Below the pieces are notes generated by a model. It had not been told where the DNA came from. It was given only the letters and a program-made list of their open reading frames with translations, and searched no databases. Shown here one piece after another: positions 39,997-52,050 of a stretch of DNA of 64,000 bases (position 1 is its first letter; each line of letters opens with the position of its first letter). Source of the DNA: a bacterium (GTDB taxonomy: Bacteria > Patescibacteriota > Microgenomatia > UBA10105 > UBA927); contig JAKAFY010000003.1 in NCBI GenBank assembly GCA_021817785.1, positions 4,376-68,375 of the forward strand, in the 5' to 3' direction. Position numbers and translations under genes: made by a program.

Positions 39997-40200
39997 TTAA
40001 GATAATATATCATCTTCAGTTTTACTAAGCGCGTTAAGAAGATGCATTAATGAACGAACCCTTCGTTTTAGCTTCTTTTTTGATACAGGATTGGTTGGTT
40101 TATCTTTTGGAAACTGGTTACCTTGTATCCTATGAAGCAAAGTATCAACATGTTTAACCTGGGCCTGAGAATCAACTGATTTTTTTTCTGCCTTAGACAT
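39997..40200 (-). CDS. Small basic hypothetical protein (low GC)
   Basis: 67-aa ORF with TATAAT upstream. Confidence 0.45.
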   Translation of the reverse strand: MSKAEKKSVDSQAQVKHVDTLLHRIQGNQFPKDKPTNPVSKKKLKRRVRSLMHLLNALSKTEDDILS

Positions 40201-40229
40201 ATTTTATATACATTATAATCGAGTCGACG

Positions 40230-40664
40230 TTATGAAGACACGCTGCCGCCGAATGGGTGGGTTTTCCGTCGTTTGGCGACTTTGAGCTCCAGTATCGAGC
40301 GGCGAAGGGTCGCGAGCGCCGTCACCAATTCGTCTCCGGTGACCTTGCGCGCGATCAGTGATTTGGCGGATTCCATGGCTTTTTTGATTTCGGCTTCGTT
40401 GACTTCGTCCGCGTGGACCGCGCGGGATACCAATATGGTGACGGTGCCATGCGGCCGCACTTCCATAAATCCCCCGCCGATCGCCAGAAAATACTGTTTG
40501 CCCGCGGCAGAAATCTTCAGCTCTCCTTCGGCCAGGGACGTAAACAGCGCCTCGTGGTGAGCCAATACCTCGATAAGCCCTTCCGGCGTCGGAACCGTCA
40601 CGGCATCGACTTCCTCGGAAAAGGCTTTGCGCTGAGGCGTGATGATATCGAGTAAAAATTTCAT
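40230..40664 (-). CDS. atpC: ATP synthase F1 epsilon
   Basis: IITPQR, G.IEVLAHH, GGFMEV; operon position. Confidence 0.93.
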   Translation of the reverse strand: MKFLLDIITPQRKAFSEEVDAVTVPTPEGLIEVLAHHEALFTSLAEGELKISAAGKQYFLAIGGGFMEVRPHGTVTILVSRAVHADEVNEAEIKKAMESAKSLIARKVTGDELVTALATLRRSILELKVAKRRKTHPFGGSVSS

Positions 40665-40670
40665 ATATAA

Positions 40671-40750
40671 GTCATTGCGAGGAACAACGTGACGACGCAA
40701 TCTCGTTTATGATTGGGATTGCTTCGCCGTCAGAACGGACTCGCAATGAC
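40671..40750. repeat. GTCATTGCGAG...CTCGCAATGAC palindromic intergenic element
   Basis: 11-bp perfect terminal inverted repeats with inner GCAATC/GATTGC pairing. Confidence 0.8.
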
Positions 40751-40757
40751 AGATGAT

Positions 40758-42224
<1,467 letters not shown>

Positions 42225-42306
42225 TTAAATATTTATTATGTCCGGATAGTCTCTATCGATACGCTATAAACGGCAGCGTGTCGAAATACTACTACCCGGC
42301 TTTTTT

Positions 42307-43167
42307 CTACACTTCCACCGCCATACGGGCGGTGACCATATCGGTAATTTCGTATGTGATTTTTTCCTGGCGTGCTTTGTTGTACTGGAGGGTCAGTTCG
42401 TCCCGCAGGGTATTGGCGTTGTCCGTCGCGTTGTGCATGGCGATCATCTGGGCGGCATATTCGCTGGCTTCGGACTGCAAAACCGCATCCCGCAGCTGGT
42501 TTTCGACGTAATGCGGCAGTAATGACGCAAATACGTCTTCCACATTGGGCTCGATGACAAATTCGTACGTCTTTTCGCCTTCGGAGGGAAGCTCAGAACC
42601 CGACAGCGTAAGCGGCAACAAGGTCTTTTTGTGCGGAATTTGTTTGACCACGGATACGAATTCGTTGGAGACAACGTCGACGCCGTCATAGCCGCCGGAC
42701 AAAAATGACTGGATCATGAGCTCTACCACTGCCGGCACGACCTGTTCCCGCGGCGTCGTATCGGAAAAATCCGCTTTGACGCTCCGCCCCACACGGGTTA
42801 TGAAATCCGCGCCTTTTTTCCCGACCGTCATCACGTCGCAAGCATTGAGATTGGGATATTCGTGCATCAGAAACCGGAACAGCGTGGTATTGAGCCCGCC
42901 GCAGAGTCCTTTGTTCGTCGACAGCAAAATAATGAGGCGTCTGCCGGTGGGCTTGGGAGCCGTAAGCAGCGGATGGTTCCGGTAGTCCGTACGCTGGGCT
43001 AAGCGCATGACCATCTCATAGATCTTTTCGGCATACAGTTTGCCGGCGAGTGCTGCCGCCTGGGCTTTTTTCATTTTGGCCGCGGCCACCAGTTCCATGG
43101 CTTTGGTAATCTGCGATATGTTTTTGCTCGTTTTGATACGGCGTTTGATGAGACGGATATTGGCCAT
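42307..43167 (-). CDS. atpG: ATP synthase F1 gamma
   Basis: QITKAMELVAA, KGLCGGLN, YNKARQEKIT. Confidence 0.96.
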   Translation of the reverse strand: MANIRLIKRRIKTSKNISQITKAMELVAAAKMKKAQAAALAGKLYAEKIYEMVMRLAQRTDYRNHPLLTAPKPTGRRLIILLSTNKGLCGGLNTTLFRFLMHEYPNLNACDVMTVGKKGADFITRVGRSVKADFSDTTPREQVVPAVVELMIQSFLSGGYDGVDVVSNEFVSVVKQIPHKKTLLPLTLSGSELPSEGEKTYEFVIEPNVEDVFASLLPHYVENQLRDAVLQSEASEYAAQMIAMHNATDNANTLRDELTLQYNKARQEKITYEITDMVTARMAVEV

Positions 43168-43185
43168 ACATCAGTAATAAAGAAA

Positions 43186-43369
43186 TAAGTTCGTAAAGTT
43201 CATAAAGTTCGTAAAGTGAAAAAGTTCATAAAGTTCATAAAGTTCGTAAAGTTTATAAAGTTCATAAAGTGAAAAGGTTCATAAAGTTCGTAAAGTGAAA
43301 AAGTTCGTAATGTTTATAACGTTTGTAAAGACGTCCTTTATGAACGTTCAAATGTTACGAACATTTACC
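43186..43369. repeat. Two-armed AAAGT/ACTTT 8-9-bp unit array between atpA and atpG
   Basis: About 16 units on + followed by a short inverted arm after 43335. Confidence 0.9.
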
Positions 43370-44881
43370 TCATAGTTTAAATGACTTCTTAAAGTCTTTG
43401 ACTGCGGATTCCAATTCCTTTTCGATTTCCGGCGTCAGGACTTTTTCCTTGGCGATCGCTTTCAGCACTTTTTTGTGGCGGCTCTCGAGATACGTGTGGA
43501 GCTGCGTTTCAAACACGGTCACCTGCGGCACCGGCACGTCATCCAGATATCCCTGGGCTCCTGCCCACATGACAGCAACCTGGAGCGCTACCGGCTGCGG
43601 CTGGTATTGTCCCTGTTTCAGAAGCTCCATCATGCGGCTTCCCCGGGCAATCTGCTTTTTGGTCGTTTCGTCTACGTCCGCCGCAAACTGGGCAAATGCT
43701 GCCAAATCGCGGTACTGCGCCAGATCCAGGCGGAGGTTGCCGGCGACTTTTTTCATGGCTTTGATCTGCGCGGATCCTCCCACACGGGATACGGAAAGCC
43801 CCACGTTGATAGCCGGACGCTGACCCGCATTGAACAAATCAGACTCGAGGTAGAGCTGCCCGTCGGTTATGGAAATGACGTTGGTCGGAATATAGGCGGA
43901 CATATCCCCTGCCTGTGTTTCGATAATGGGAAGCGCGGTAATCGACCCGCCGCCTTTTTCTGGGGACAGCCGGCACGCACGCTCAAGCAGTCTGCTATGA
44001 AGGTAAAACACGTCTCCGGGATATGCCTCGCGGCCGCTTGGGCGGCGCAGCGTCAGCGAAATCTGGCGGTATGCCCAGGCATGTTTGGACAAATCATCGT
44101 AGATGATCAACACGTCTTTTCCTTTGTTCATGAAATACTCGCCCATCGCACACCCTGCGTACGGCGCCAGATACTGGTACGTCACGGGGTCGCTGGCTGA
44201 GGCCGATACCACGATCGTATGTGCCATGGCGTTTCGTTCGGAAATATCGGCGATAACCTGGGCCACTCTGGCCGTCTTTTGGCCGATGGCGACATATATG
44301 CAGATCACTCCTTCGTCTTTTTGGTTAATGATCGTATCCACGGCAATGGCGGTTTTCCCCGTGGTGCGGTCCCCGATGATCAGCTCGCGCTGCCCGCGGC
44401 CGATGGGAATCATGGCGTCGATCGCTTTGATACCCGTCTGCAGCGGCGTATTGACCGCCTGGCGGTGTACGACTCCGGATGCGATTTGTTCCATGGGATA
44501 GCGCGTTTTGGAGGAAATCGTGCCTTTGCCGTCGATCGGCTGGCCCATCGGGTTGATCACCCGGCCCAAAAACGCCTCCCCGACGGGAACGGACAACAGA
44601 TTGCCGGTGGAGCGCACTTCATCGCCTTCTTTGATGGCCAGATAATCACCGAGTATGATGATGCCGACTTCTTCTTCCTCCAGATTTACGACCACTCCCT
44701 CGGTGCCGTTTGCAAACGTCACCAACTCGAGGTAGGAAACGTGCGGCAGCCCGGATGCTTTGGCGACACCGTCGGCAATCGTGGTCACGTAGCCCACTCT
44801 CCTGGCCCCGACGGACGATTCAAAGTTTTCCAGTTTTTTGACTAATTCTTTGGCGATAAGCGATGATACATCTGTTTTCAT
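43370..44881 (-). CDS. atpA: ATP synthase F1 alpha
   Basis: [37 protein letters not shown]. Confidence 0.98.
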   Translation of the reverse strand: MKTDVSSLIAKELVKKLENFESSVGARRVGYVTTIADGVAKASGLPHVSYLELVTFANGTEGVVVNLEEEEVGIIILGDYLAIKEGDEVRSTGNLLSVPVGEAFLGRVINPMGQPIDGKGTISSKTRYPMEQIASGVVHRQAVNTPLQTGIKAIDAMIPIGRGQRELIIGDRTTGKTAIAVDTIINQKDEGVICIYVAIGQKTARVAQVIADISERNAMAHTIVVSASASDPVTYQYLAPYAGCAMGEYFMNKGKDVLIIYDDLSKHAWAYRQISLTLRRPSGREAYPGDVFYLHSRLLERACRLSPEKGGGSITALPIIETQAGDMSAYIPTNVISITDGQLYLESDLFNAGQRPAINVGLSVSRVGGSAQIKAMKKVAGNLRLDLAQYRDLAAFAQFAADVDETTKKQIARGSRMMELLKQGQYQPQPVALQVAVMWAGAQGYLDDVPVPQVTVFETQLHTYLESRHKKVLKAIAKEKVLTPEIEKELESAVKDFKKSFKL

Positions 44882-44891
44882 AGAATTTAAA

Positions 44892-45248
44892 TTACTCCCC
44901 CTGAAGCATAACGCTCATGTTTTGTAATTCGTTTTTCATACTCGTGTCCATGACCCAGTCGCCCATCTGGATACGCACGCCGGCGATGAGATCCGGCTCG
45001 ATTCTCGTTTCCAGACTGACGTCATGCCCGGACACTTTGGCAAGCAGTTTTCCGACTGCCCGTTCTTCGTCTGCCGTCAGCTTTACCGCAGACAGGACGA
45101 CCGCCTGGCGCTCTTTCCGGGCGCCGGAGGTCATTTTCATAAGTAACGACTGTACCCTGGGCGTCACGGAAGACGCTTTGCCGGTCGCTTTCAGCTGCGT
45201 GACGACTCCGTTAACAAATCCACGCGCATCTTGAGTTAATGATTTCAT
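44892..45248 (-). CDS. atpH: ATP synthase delta (short form)
   Basis: [26 protein letters not shown]; position. Confidence 0.85.
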   Translation of the reverse strand: MKSLTQDARGFVNGVVTQLKATGKASSVTPRVQSLLMKMTSGARKERQAVVLSAVKLTADEERAVGKLLAKVSGHDVSLETRIEPDLIAGVRIQMGDWVMDTSMKNELQNMSVMLQGE

Positions 45249-45288
45249 ATAGTACGGTGATCCCGCATCTCGGGACTACTACCTCCGG

Positions 45289-45792
45289 TCATACGCGATT
45301 GGCCCACGACTCCAAGTCTTTGACCCGCTTGGCGATATAGGCATGCTGTTCTTTGGCAGACATGATGGACGTAAGCAACCGCCTGGCCATCATGGTCGCC
45401 AGCTCAACTGCTTCCTTGCGGAGTGCAGCCTGTGCCGTTTTATGTACTTCGGCAGCTTCTTCCTTGGCCCGGGTGATGATCGCAGCAGCCTGCGTATGTG
45501 CGTCGGCCACGAGTTCCTTTTCTACTTCCTTGGCCTGCTTTTTGGCTTCTTCGATAATACCCATCGCATCTTCCCGCGCTTTTGCCATGGCTTTTTCCTG
45601 CTTTTCTTTAAACTTTTCTTCCTCGACCCGCATCTTTTCGGTCAGCGAAACGCCTTCGGCGATTTCTTTTTTCCGTTTGTTGATCATGTCGAGAATCGGC
45701 TTATAAAGAAGCTTCTGCAATACAAACACGATGATTGCAAAATTCACGAGCTGTGCGATAAGTAATTTTGGTTCTATCCCTAATTGTTCCAT
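45289..45792 (-). CDS. atpF: ATP synthase F0 subunit b
   Basis: LIAQLVNF..LYKPIL..R plus coiled coil. Confidence 0.92.
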   Translation of the reverse strand: MEQLGIEPKLLIAQLVNFAIIVFVLQKLLYKPILDMINKRKKEIAEGVSLTEKMRVEEEKFKEKQEKAMAKAREDAMGIIEEAKKQAKEVEKELVADAHTQAAAIITRAKEEAAEVHKTAQAALRKEAVELATMMARRLLTSIMSAKEQHAYIAKRVKDLESWANRV

Positions 45793-45858
45793 GTATATAA
45801 TGACGTCAACCGTGACGGGATGACACTATGGTCATCCCGTGCACGAATGCGTTTTGCG

Positions 45859-46086
45859 TTACGTAAAACGAATAATGAGCCCGATAACCAACGAGTAAAT
45901 GGCGATTGCTTCCGCAAACGCGATACCCAAAATCATGTTGGTTCGAAGGTCGTTGGCTGCCTCGGGATTTCGTCCCATGGCTTCCAATGCTTTGCCGGTC
46001 AATAACCCGATGGCGAGTGCTGGCATACCACCGCCGATTGCGACGGTTAATCCCATCATGACTAAACGAACTGATGTTTGATCCAT
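45859..46086 (-). CDS. atpE: ATP synthase F0 subunit c
   Basis: GRNPE loop, FAEAIAIY. Confidence 0.95.
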   Translation of the reverse strand: MDQTSVRLVMMGLTVAIGGGMPALAIGLLTGKALEAMGRNPEAANDLRTNMILGIAFAEAIAIYSLVIGLIIRFT

Positions 46087-46216
46087 AATACACTCACCCC
46101 CTTTGCGTTCCTGTAGTCTTTCGGACTACGGACATAATCGTTACCCTGTAAGTATACGCGATTCCACGCCGCGCTGCCATACATCACCACGCTGCATCCC
46201 CGCCCTCCCCAACCCG

Positions 46217-46936
46217 TCATTCTTCGTGCGCGACTGCGATGGTAAAAAAGGCCGCGGACAGCATAGAAAATACGAGCGCCTGGATGAGTCCCACAAACAG
46301 CTCCATGAACAAAAACGGCAATGGGACGATAAACGGCATCAGAAACGCCATGACCGCCAGCAATACTTCCCCGGCGAATATGTTTCCGAACAACCGGAAC
46401 GCAAACGAGATGATTTTGGACAAATCCGAAATGATCTCCAATATCCCTACGCTGAAAAGGATGGGGTCTTTGAAATTGATATAGCGCTTGGCGTAGTGGT
46501 GCCCCAGATTTTTAAAGCCGTAATACTGCATGGCGAGCACGGAAACGACGGCCAATGCGATGGTCGTATTGAGGTCCGACATGGCACCCCGGAACAGCGG
46601 GATAAACTCTTCACCGTGCCAGAATCCTACGGTACCCACGCCGGGCAACAACCCGATCCAGTTGGCAAGCAATATATAGAGGAATAAACTGCCGACCAGC
46701 GGGAAAAACTGTCCGATAAAGCTGCCGGAGATGGAACCGAAAAAATCGTACAGCCCGCCGACGACTATCTCGGCCAGCGTCTGAAACGTACCCGGTTTCA
46801 TCGAAAGCTTGCGGGTGGCTACGATACTACATACGATGAGGACTGCCATCACGATCCACGTGGTAAGCAGTGCGTTCGATATAGGAAGCCCCCAGAGCGT
46901 CCAGAGCGTTTCCGCGGGTAGTGATATGCGTAACAT
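46217..46936 (-). CDS. atpB: ATP synthase F0 subunit a
   Basis: NWIGLLPG, FRLFGNIFAGE, ELFVGLIQA. Confidence 0.95.
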   Translation of the reverse strand: MLRISLPAETLWTLWGLPISNALLTTWIVMAVLIVCSIVATRKLSMKPGTFQTLAEIVVGGLYDFFGSISGSFIGQFFPLVGSLFLYILLANWIGLLPGVGTVGFWHGEEFIPLFRGAMSDLNTTIALAVVSVLAMQYYGFKNLGHHYAKRYINFKDPILFSVGILEIISDLSKIISFAFRLFGNIFAGEVLLAVMAFLMPFIVPLPFLFMELFVGLIQALVFSMLSAAFFTIAVAHEE

Positions 46937-46967
46937 GTCGGTTTGAGACTAAATAAATACGTTTCTA

Positions 46968-47282
46968 TTATGCCTTACGGATCACATCCCGTACAATGCG
47001 TATCAGTGATGTACATGATAAAGCCAGTCCGAATACAAATAACCCCACGGTCCATCGGGGCGCGGTGCCCCAGCGGGCATCCAGTTTGGTGCCGATGATC
47101 AATCCCCCTACCATAGGAAGGGCGATATCAAATCCCAATTCGCCGGCGAGTGAAAAATATTTCATCCCGCTGGTTTTTGCCTTCGGGACCTTCTTTTTTA
47201 CCCGGGGATGCACGGCGGTATGCCCGTCATCCATCACCAAATCAAACGTTTTTTCGTCTACTTCATCATGCACTGATTTCAT
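46968..47282 (-). CDS. AtpZ/AtpI family protein
   Basis: LG..IALP..GG...G..LD..W.T.P pattern; first gene of the atp operon. Confidence 0.8.
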   Translation of the reverse strand: MKSVHDEVDEKTFDLVMDDGHTAVHPRVKKKVPKAKTSGMKYFSLAGELGFDIALPMVGGLIIGTKLDARWGTAPRWTVGLFVFGLALSCTSLIRIVRDVIRKA

Positions 47283-47322
47283 AGGTATTGTATCGCGGCC
47301 GCCCAAACCGGTCAACGGGTGG

Positions 47323-50300
47323 TCAGGCCGTAAGTTTGGTCATGGGCTGCAACACCCGCACTTCGTCGGCCAGGATCATGAGCCGGTCTTCTTTCTGATC
47401 TATTTTCCCGCTTACCAGTACGACGCCGTCCCGCACCCATAGCTGGCTGGTCCGCGCGTAGGTTTTGGGAAATATGACGACTTCTATAGAACCCGTCAGA
47501 TCCTCGATGCGGGCAAACGCCATTTCCGCGTTGCTTGCGCGCGTGATAATTTTTTTGACCTGCGTGATCAGGCCGATGACCTGCACGCGCTGACTCACGG
47601 TTTCTTCGGATATGTCGGCTATGGGCGTCATATGGTCTTTGTGCGTAAACTGCGCCATCGTTTTTTCCAACGGGTGGGCGGTAAGATAAAACCCGAGCAT
47701 TTCTTTTTCAAACGCCAGGAGTTCCTGGCTGGAAAGCTCCGCCACCTGGGGCAGGTATTCCGCGTGGGACGCGTCGGCTTTGACGGTCGGCCCGGTGTCA
47801 AACAATCCGACCTGGCCGGCTGCTATTGCTTTGCGTTCTTTGTGGACGACATCGAGCATGGTTTCCAAAGCAGCAAGCAGCGCTGACCGCGATCCGAACG
47901 CATCCATGGCTCCTGCACGGATTAAGCTTTCCAGCGTTTTTTTGTTGACTTTCGATACATCTACCCTGCGCAAAAATTCCGAAAAGCTGTGATAGGGCCC
48001 TTCGGACGTCCGGGACGCCAATATGCTCTCGATCGCAGCTTCCCCCACGTTTTTTATGGCGGACAGCCCGAACCGGATATTGCCGGCTTCTACCGCAAAC
48101 TCGACGGACGACGTATTGATATCCGGCGGAAGCAGGGCCAGGCCCATGCGTTTGCACTCCGAGACGATCATGGCGATTTTTTCGTTTCTGGTGTCACCCG
48201 TATTGGCGCGCGATTCCGCCGTCAGCACGGCCGTCATGTACTCGACCGGATAATTCGCTTTAAGATACGCGGTTTGGTAGGCGATGACGGCATAACAGGC
48301 CGCGTGCGCTTTGTTGAACCCGTAGCCCGCGAACGGCTCGATGAGATGAAATATTTCTTCTGCTTTTTGTTTGGACATGCCGTTTTTGACACAGCCGTCG
48401 ATAAATTTCTCCTGCTGCTTTTTCATTTCGGACGGAATTTTTTTACCCACGGCCTTGCGCAGTTTGTCCGCATCCAGCCAGGAATATCCCGCCAGGGTTA
48501 TGGCGGTGAGCAATACGTCGTCCTGATAGCAGATCAGCCCGTATGAGGTTTTGAGGACATCCTGTAACCGCGGGTCCGGATAGGTGATGCTGGCGGGATT
48601 GTTTTTCCGGGCGATAAACTGCGGGATGACGAGCATCGGTCCCGGCCGGTAGAGCGCCACCATAGCCATAAGGTCAAAGATGGTGGTGGGCTTCAGCTCT
48701 TTTATATACCGGCGCATGCCGGAGGATTCCAGCTGGAATACGCCCGTGGTTTCGCCGATAGAAAGCATGTCAAACGTTTTGGTATCCGTCAGCGGTATGG
48801 AATACAGATCCAATGTTTTTCCTTTTGTGGTTTTGATAAACGCCAGCGCCTGGGACATGATGGTTAAGTTCCGAAGACCCAGAAAGTCCATTTTCAAAAG
48901 TCCCACCCCGTCTTCCCCTACCGTATACATGTCGTACTGGGTCACCACCCGGTTGCCTTTGGATTCGCGCTGCAGCGGCGTGTACTCGACGAGCGGCTTG
49001 TCTGCGATGACGACGCCGGCCGCGTGCACCGATGCATGGCGTGCAACTCCTTCGAGCTTTCGGGCGACATCGAGTAAACGCTTGGTTTCCGGCTCGGTCC
49101 GGTAGGCCGTGGCAAGGTCCGGCGACTGGTCTATGGCTTTGTCTATCGACATGGACGCCCCCTGCGCACCCGGCGGAATCATTTTGGATATGCGGTCGGG
49201 TGCCGCATACGGCATACCCAGCGCCCGCCCCGCATCCCGGACAGCCCCCCGGGCTTCCATGGTCCCGAAGGTGATAATTTGGGCTACTTTGTCGTCCCCG
49301 TAGCGGTTGGTGACATACGCGATTACTTCTTCCCGGCGGTCATCGGCAAAATCCAGATCGATATCCGGAGGCGACGGCCGCAGCGGATTGAGGAACCGCT
49401 CAAACGGCAAGCGGAAATACAACGGGTCGATACCGGTAATGTTTAGAATATACGACACGACGGACCCTGCCCCGGACCCGCGGCCCGGGCCAACCCCGAT
49501 ACCGTTTTCTTTTGCCCAGTTGACGAAATCCGACACGATTAGAAAATATGTGGAATATCCTTTTTTGACGATGATATCCAGCTCATACTCGATGCGGGCG
49601 GTCAGTTCCGGCGTGACCGTTTTGTACTTTAACGATATACGCTCGTTGATAAGCTGCCGCAGATAGTCCTCCGGTTTTTTGTCATCCGGGACGGGAAATT
49701 TCGGCAGAATCCATTTTCCGACGGATAGCGTGATGTCGCACATATCCGCGATTTTTACGGAATTTTCTATCGCTTCGGGATACTGCATGAACAGCTCCTC
49801 CATTTCGTCGGGACTGCGGAGGTAAAAATCCGGCGACCCGAGCATGGACAGCGGCCGATTTTTTTCGACGATGGTGCGTTGGGTCTGGACGCAGAGCAAT
49901 ATTTCCTGTGCTTCGGCGTCGTCGGCCCGCACGTAATGCACGTCGTTGGTGGCCAAAAGCGGCAACCCGAGCTTACGGGACAAGGCAACAAGCTTTTCCG
50001 TCACCTGGCCCACTTCGGGGATATGCGGGTGTTTTTGGATTTCTATATAATAATGATCCGGTCCGAACAGATCTGCGTATTTGAGTGCGACTTCTTCTGC
50101 TTCTTTCTGTTTGTCCTGCAACAGGAGCTGGGGCACCTGACCGGCCAAACACGCACTCGTTGCAATGATCCCCTCGTGATGCTGCTGCAAGAGTTCCCAG
50201 TCGATGCGCGGCTTGTAATAAAATCCTTCCAGATGCGCGTGGGTCACCAACTTCATGAGATTTTTATAGCCTTCGTTGTTTTGGGCAAGCAAAATAAGGT

Positions 50301-50562
50301 GGTACGGGTCCGTATCAATCTTTCCTTCCTTGTCAAACCGGCTGCGGCGGGCCACATACGTTTCTACCCCGATGATGGGCTTGATACCCGCAGCTCGGGC
50401 TTTGAGGTAAAACTTGAAACTCCCGTACATGGCGCCGTGGTCGGTGAGTGCCATGGCGTCCATGCCCAGTTCTTTGACGCGGTTGATCAAAAGATCGAGT
50501 TTCCCCAACCCGTCGAGTAAGGAAAATTCGCTATGGACATGCAGGTGGACAAATTTCGCCAT
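47323..50562 (-). CDS. dnaE: DNA polymerase III alpha subunit
   Basis: HLHVHSEFSLLDG, GRGSGAGS, PDIDLDF, FAGYGFNKAHA. Confidence 0.98.
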   Translation of the reverse strand: MAKFVHLHVHSEFSLLDGLGKLDLLINRVKELGMDAMALTDHGAMYGSFKFYLKARAAGIKPIIGVETYVARRSRFDKEGKIDTDPYHLILLAQNNEGYKNLMKLVTHAHLEGFYYKPRIDWELLQQHHEGIIATSACLAGQVPQLLLQDKQKEAEEVALKYADLFGPDHYYIEIQKHPHIPEVGQVTEKLVALSRKLGLPLLATNDVHYVRADDAEAQEILLCVQTQRTIVEKNRPLSMLGSPDFYLRSPDEMEELFMQYPEAIENSVKIADMCDITLSVGKWILPKFPVPDDKKPEDYLRQLINERISLKYKTVTPELTARIEYELDIIVKKGYSTYFLIVSDFVNWAKENGIGVGPGRGSGAGSVVSYILNITGIDPLYFRLPFERFLNPLRPSPPDIDLDFADDRREEVIAYVTNRYGDDKVAQIITFGTMEARGAVRDAGRALGMPYAAPDRISKMIPPGAQGASMSIDKAIDQSPDLATAYRTEPETKRLLDVARKLEGVARHASVHAAGVVIADKPLVEYTPLQRESKGNRVVTQYDMYTVGEDGVGLLKMDFLGLRNLTIMSQALAFIKTTKGKTLDLYSIPLTDTKTFDMLSIGETTGVFQLESSGMRRYIKELKPTTIFDLMAMVALYRPGPMLVIPQFIARKNNPASITYPDPRLQDVLKTSYGLICYQDDVLLTAITLAGYSWLDADKLRKAVGKKIPSEMKKQQEKFIDGCVKNGMSKQKAEEIFHLIEPFAGYGFNKAHAACYAVIAYQTAYLKANYPVEYMTAVLTAESRANTGDTRNEKIAMIVSECKRMGLALLPPDINTSSVEFAVEAGNIRFGLSAIKNVGEAAIESILASRTSEGPYHSFSEFLRRVDVSKVNKKTLESLIRAGAMDAFGSRSALLAALETMLDVVHKERKAIAAGQVGLFDTGPTVKADASHAEYLPQVAELSSQELLAFEKEMLGFYLTAHPLEKTMAQFTHKDHMTPIADISEETVSQRVQVIGLITQVKKIITRASNAEMAFARIEDLTGSIEVVIFPKTYARTSQLWVRDGVVLVSGKIDQKEDRLMILADEVRVLQPMTKLTA

Positions 50563-50574
50563 GATATTTTTAGA

Positions 50575-50640
50575 GTCATCCCCGACCTAATCGGGGATCC
50601 AGTGTATACTACGCTGGATTTCCGCGTTCGCGGGAATGAC
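50575..50640. repeat. GTCATYCCCG...CGGGAATGAC palindromic element
   Basis: Terminal inverted repeats with inner hairpins; inverted homologue at 60002-60051. Confidence 0.8.
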
Positions 50641-50652
50641 AGCCATACTCTT

Positions 50653-51966
50653 TTATGTATTATCCAGTTCTTTTTTCAGTGCGTCCAGAATAACCTTTGT
50701 ATCCGCTTTGGGTAACTTTCTCCGCACCAGCCCCATAAGGAACATAGCCGATTGCTGCTTGCCTGCTTTATAGTCTGCCACTGCTTTGGCGTTTTCTGCC
50801 AACACTGTAGATATAATGCCGGACAGGTCGTCCGCTGACACCGCGACCGTCGCCTTTGCGTCTTTGAGCGAGGCAATGAGTGCCGCCGGCAGCACCGTGT
50901 CGATATCCGGTTTTTTGTTGATGATCCAGTTGGCGACATCTTTGGGCGTGAACATGGTTCCTGCGACTTTTACTGCTTCTTCATAATAATCGGCGAGGGC
51001 GCGGGTATCGGTAAGTTGCGCTGCATCGGCAGTATGTAGTCCGTACGTTTTCTCAAAACGCATCCGCTTGACGTCCGGCAATTCGGGGAGCGTACTGCCG
51101 ATAGCCGCGATGTACTGTTTCGTAAACCGCATCGGCGGGATATCCGGCTCCGGGAAATAGCGGTAGTCCGCGGCTTCTTCTTTGGTGCGTTGCGACACGG
51201 TGGCATTTTTGGCTTCGTCCCACCCCCGCGTTTCCTGCGCGGGATTGACGCCGGTATCCAGGATTCTGGCATGGCGTTCGATTTCGTACTTGATCGCCCG
51301 CTCTGCGAATCGGAATGAGTTAATATTTTTTACTTCCACTTTATATGCTGGCAATCCCGTCTCGCCGACTTTGCGCAGCGAAATATTGGGCTCCAGCCGC
51401 ATGCTGCCTTTTTCCATATCCGCATCCGAAATCCCCAGGTACCGCACGATCTGATGCAGCTTTTTCAAAAATTCCTTGGCCGCTTCCGCGCTATGGATAT
51501 CCGCCTCCGTGACGATTTCAACCAGCGGCACACCGGATCGGTTAAAGTCTACGAGCGTCACCTTTTCGCCGTTTACCGTCGCGTGCTGCAATTTGCCGGT
51601 GTCTTCTTCCAAATGCACGCGATGGATGCGCACGGGACCGAACGAGGTTTCAATCTTCCCGCCGCGGCACAGCGGTTGGTCGTATTGGGATATTTGATAG
51701 CCTTTGGGAAGATCCGGATAAAAATAATGCTTGCGGTCGAATTTGGAAAACTCGGCAATCGTGCTTCCGAGGGCCAATCCCAGCATGATCGTCCACTCCA
51801 CGGCCTTTTTGTTGGGAACGGGGGTCGCGCCGGGGAGTCCCAAACATACGGGGCACGTCCCGGTATTGGGCACTTTGGCGAAATGGTCCGCGGGACACCC
51901 GCAGAACATGCCGCTTTTGGTTTTGAGTTCTACATGTATTTCTAATCCGATCACCGGTTCGTACAT
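50653..51966 (-). CDS. gatB: Asp/Glu-tRNA amidotransferase subunit B
   Basis: IGLEIH, YFYPDLPKGYQISQ, EEDTGK, YRYFPEPD. Confidence 0.97.
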   Translation of the reverse strand: MYEPVIGLEIHVELKTKSGMFCGCPADHFAKVPNTGTCPVCLGLPGATPVPNKKAVEWTIMLGLALGSTIAEFSKFDRKHYFYPDLPKGYQISQYDQPLCRGGKIETSFGPVRIHRVHLEEDTGKLQHATVNGEKVTLVDFNRSGVPLVEIVTEADIHSAEAAKEFLKKLHQIVRYLGISDADMEKGSMRLEPNISLRKVGETGLPAYKVEVKNINSFRFAERAIKYEIERHARILDTGVNPAQETRGWDEAKNATVSQRTKEEAADYRYFPEPDIPPMRFTKQYIAAIGSTLPELPDVKRMRFEKTYGLHTADAAQLTDTRALADYYEEAVKVAGTMFTPKDVANWIINKKPDIDTVLPAALIASLKDAKATVAVSADDLSGIISTVLAENAKAVADYKAGKQQSAMFLMGLVRRKLPKADTKVILDALKKELDNT

Positions 51967-52050
51967 AAAATAGTTTGTAAAGTTGAAAGTGTATAAAGTT
52001 TGTAACGTAATTACTTTATGAACTTTCGAACTTTATGAACTTTTTAACTT
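51967..52050. repeat. Two-armed AAAGT/ACTTT array between gatA and gatB
   Basis: About four units per arm around a GTAATTAC centre (52007-52014). Confidence 0.85.

Noticed and set aside
45859-46086. Na+-coupled ATP synthase
   Set aside because: Subunit c has E-A rather than E-S/T and lacks the helix-1 Gln, consistent with an H+ type.
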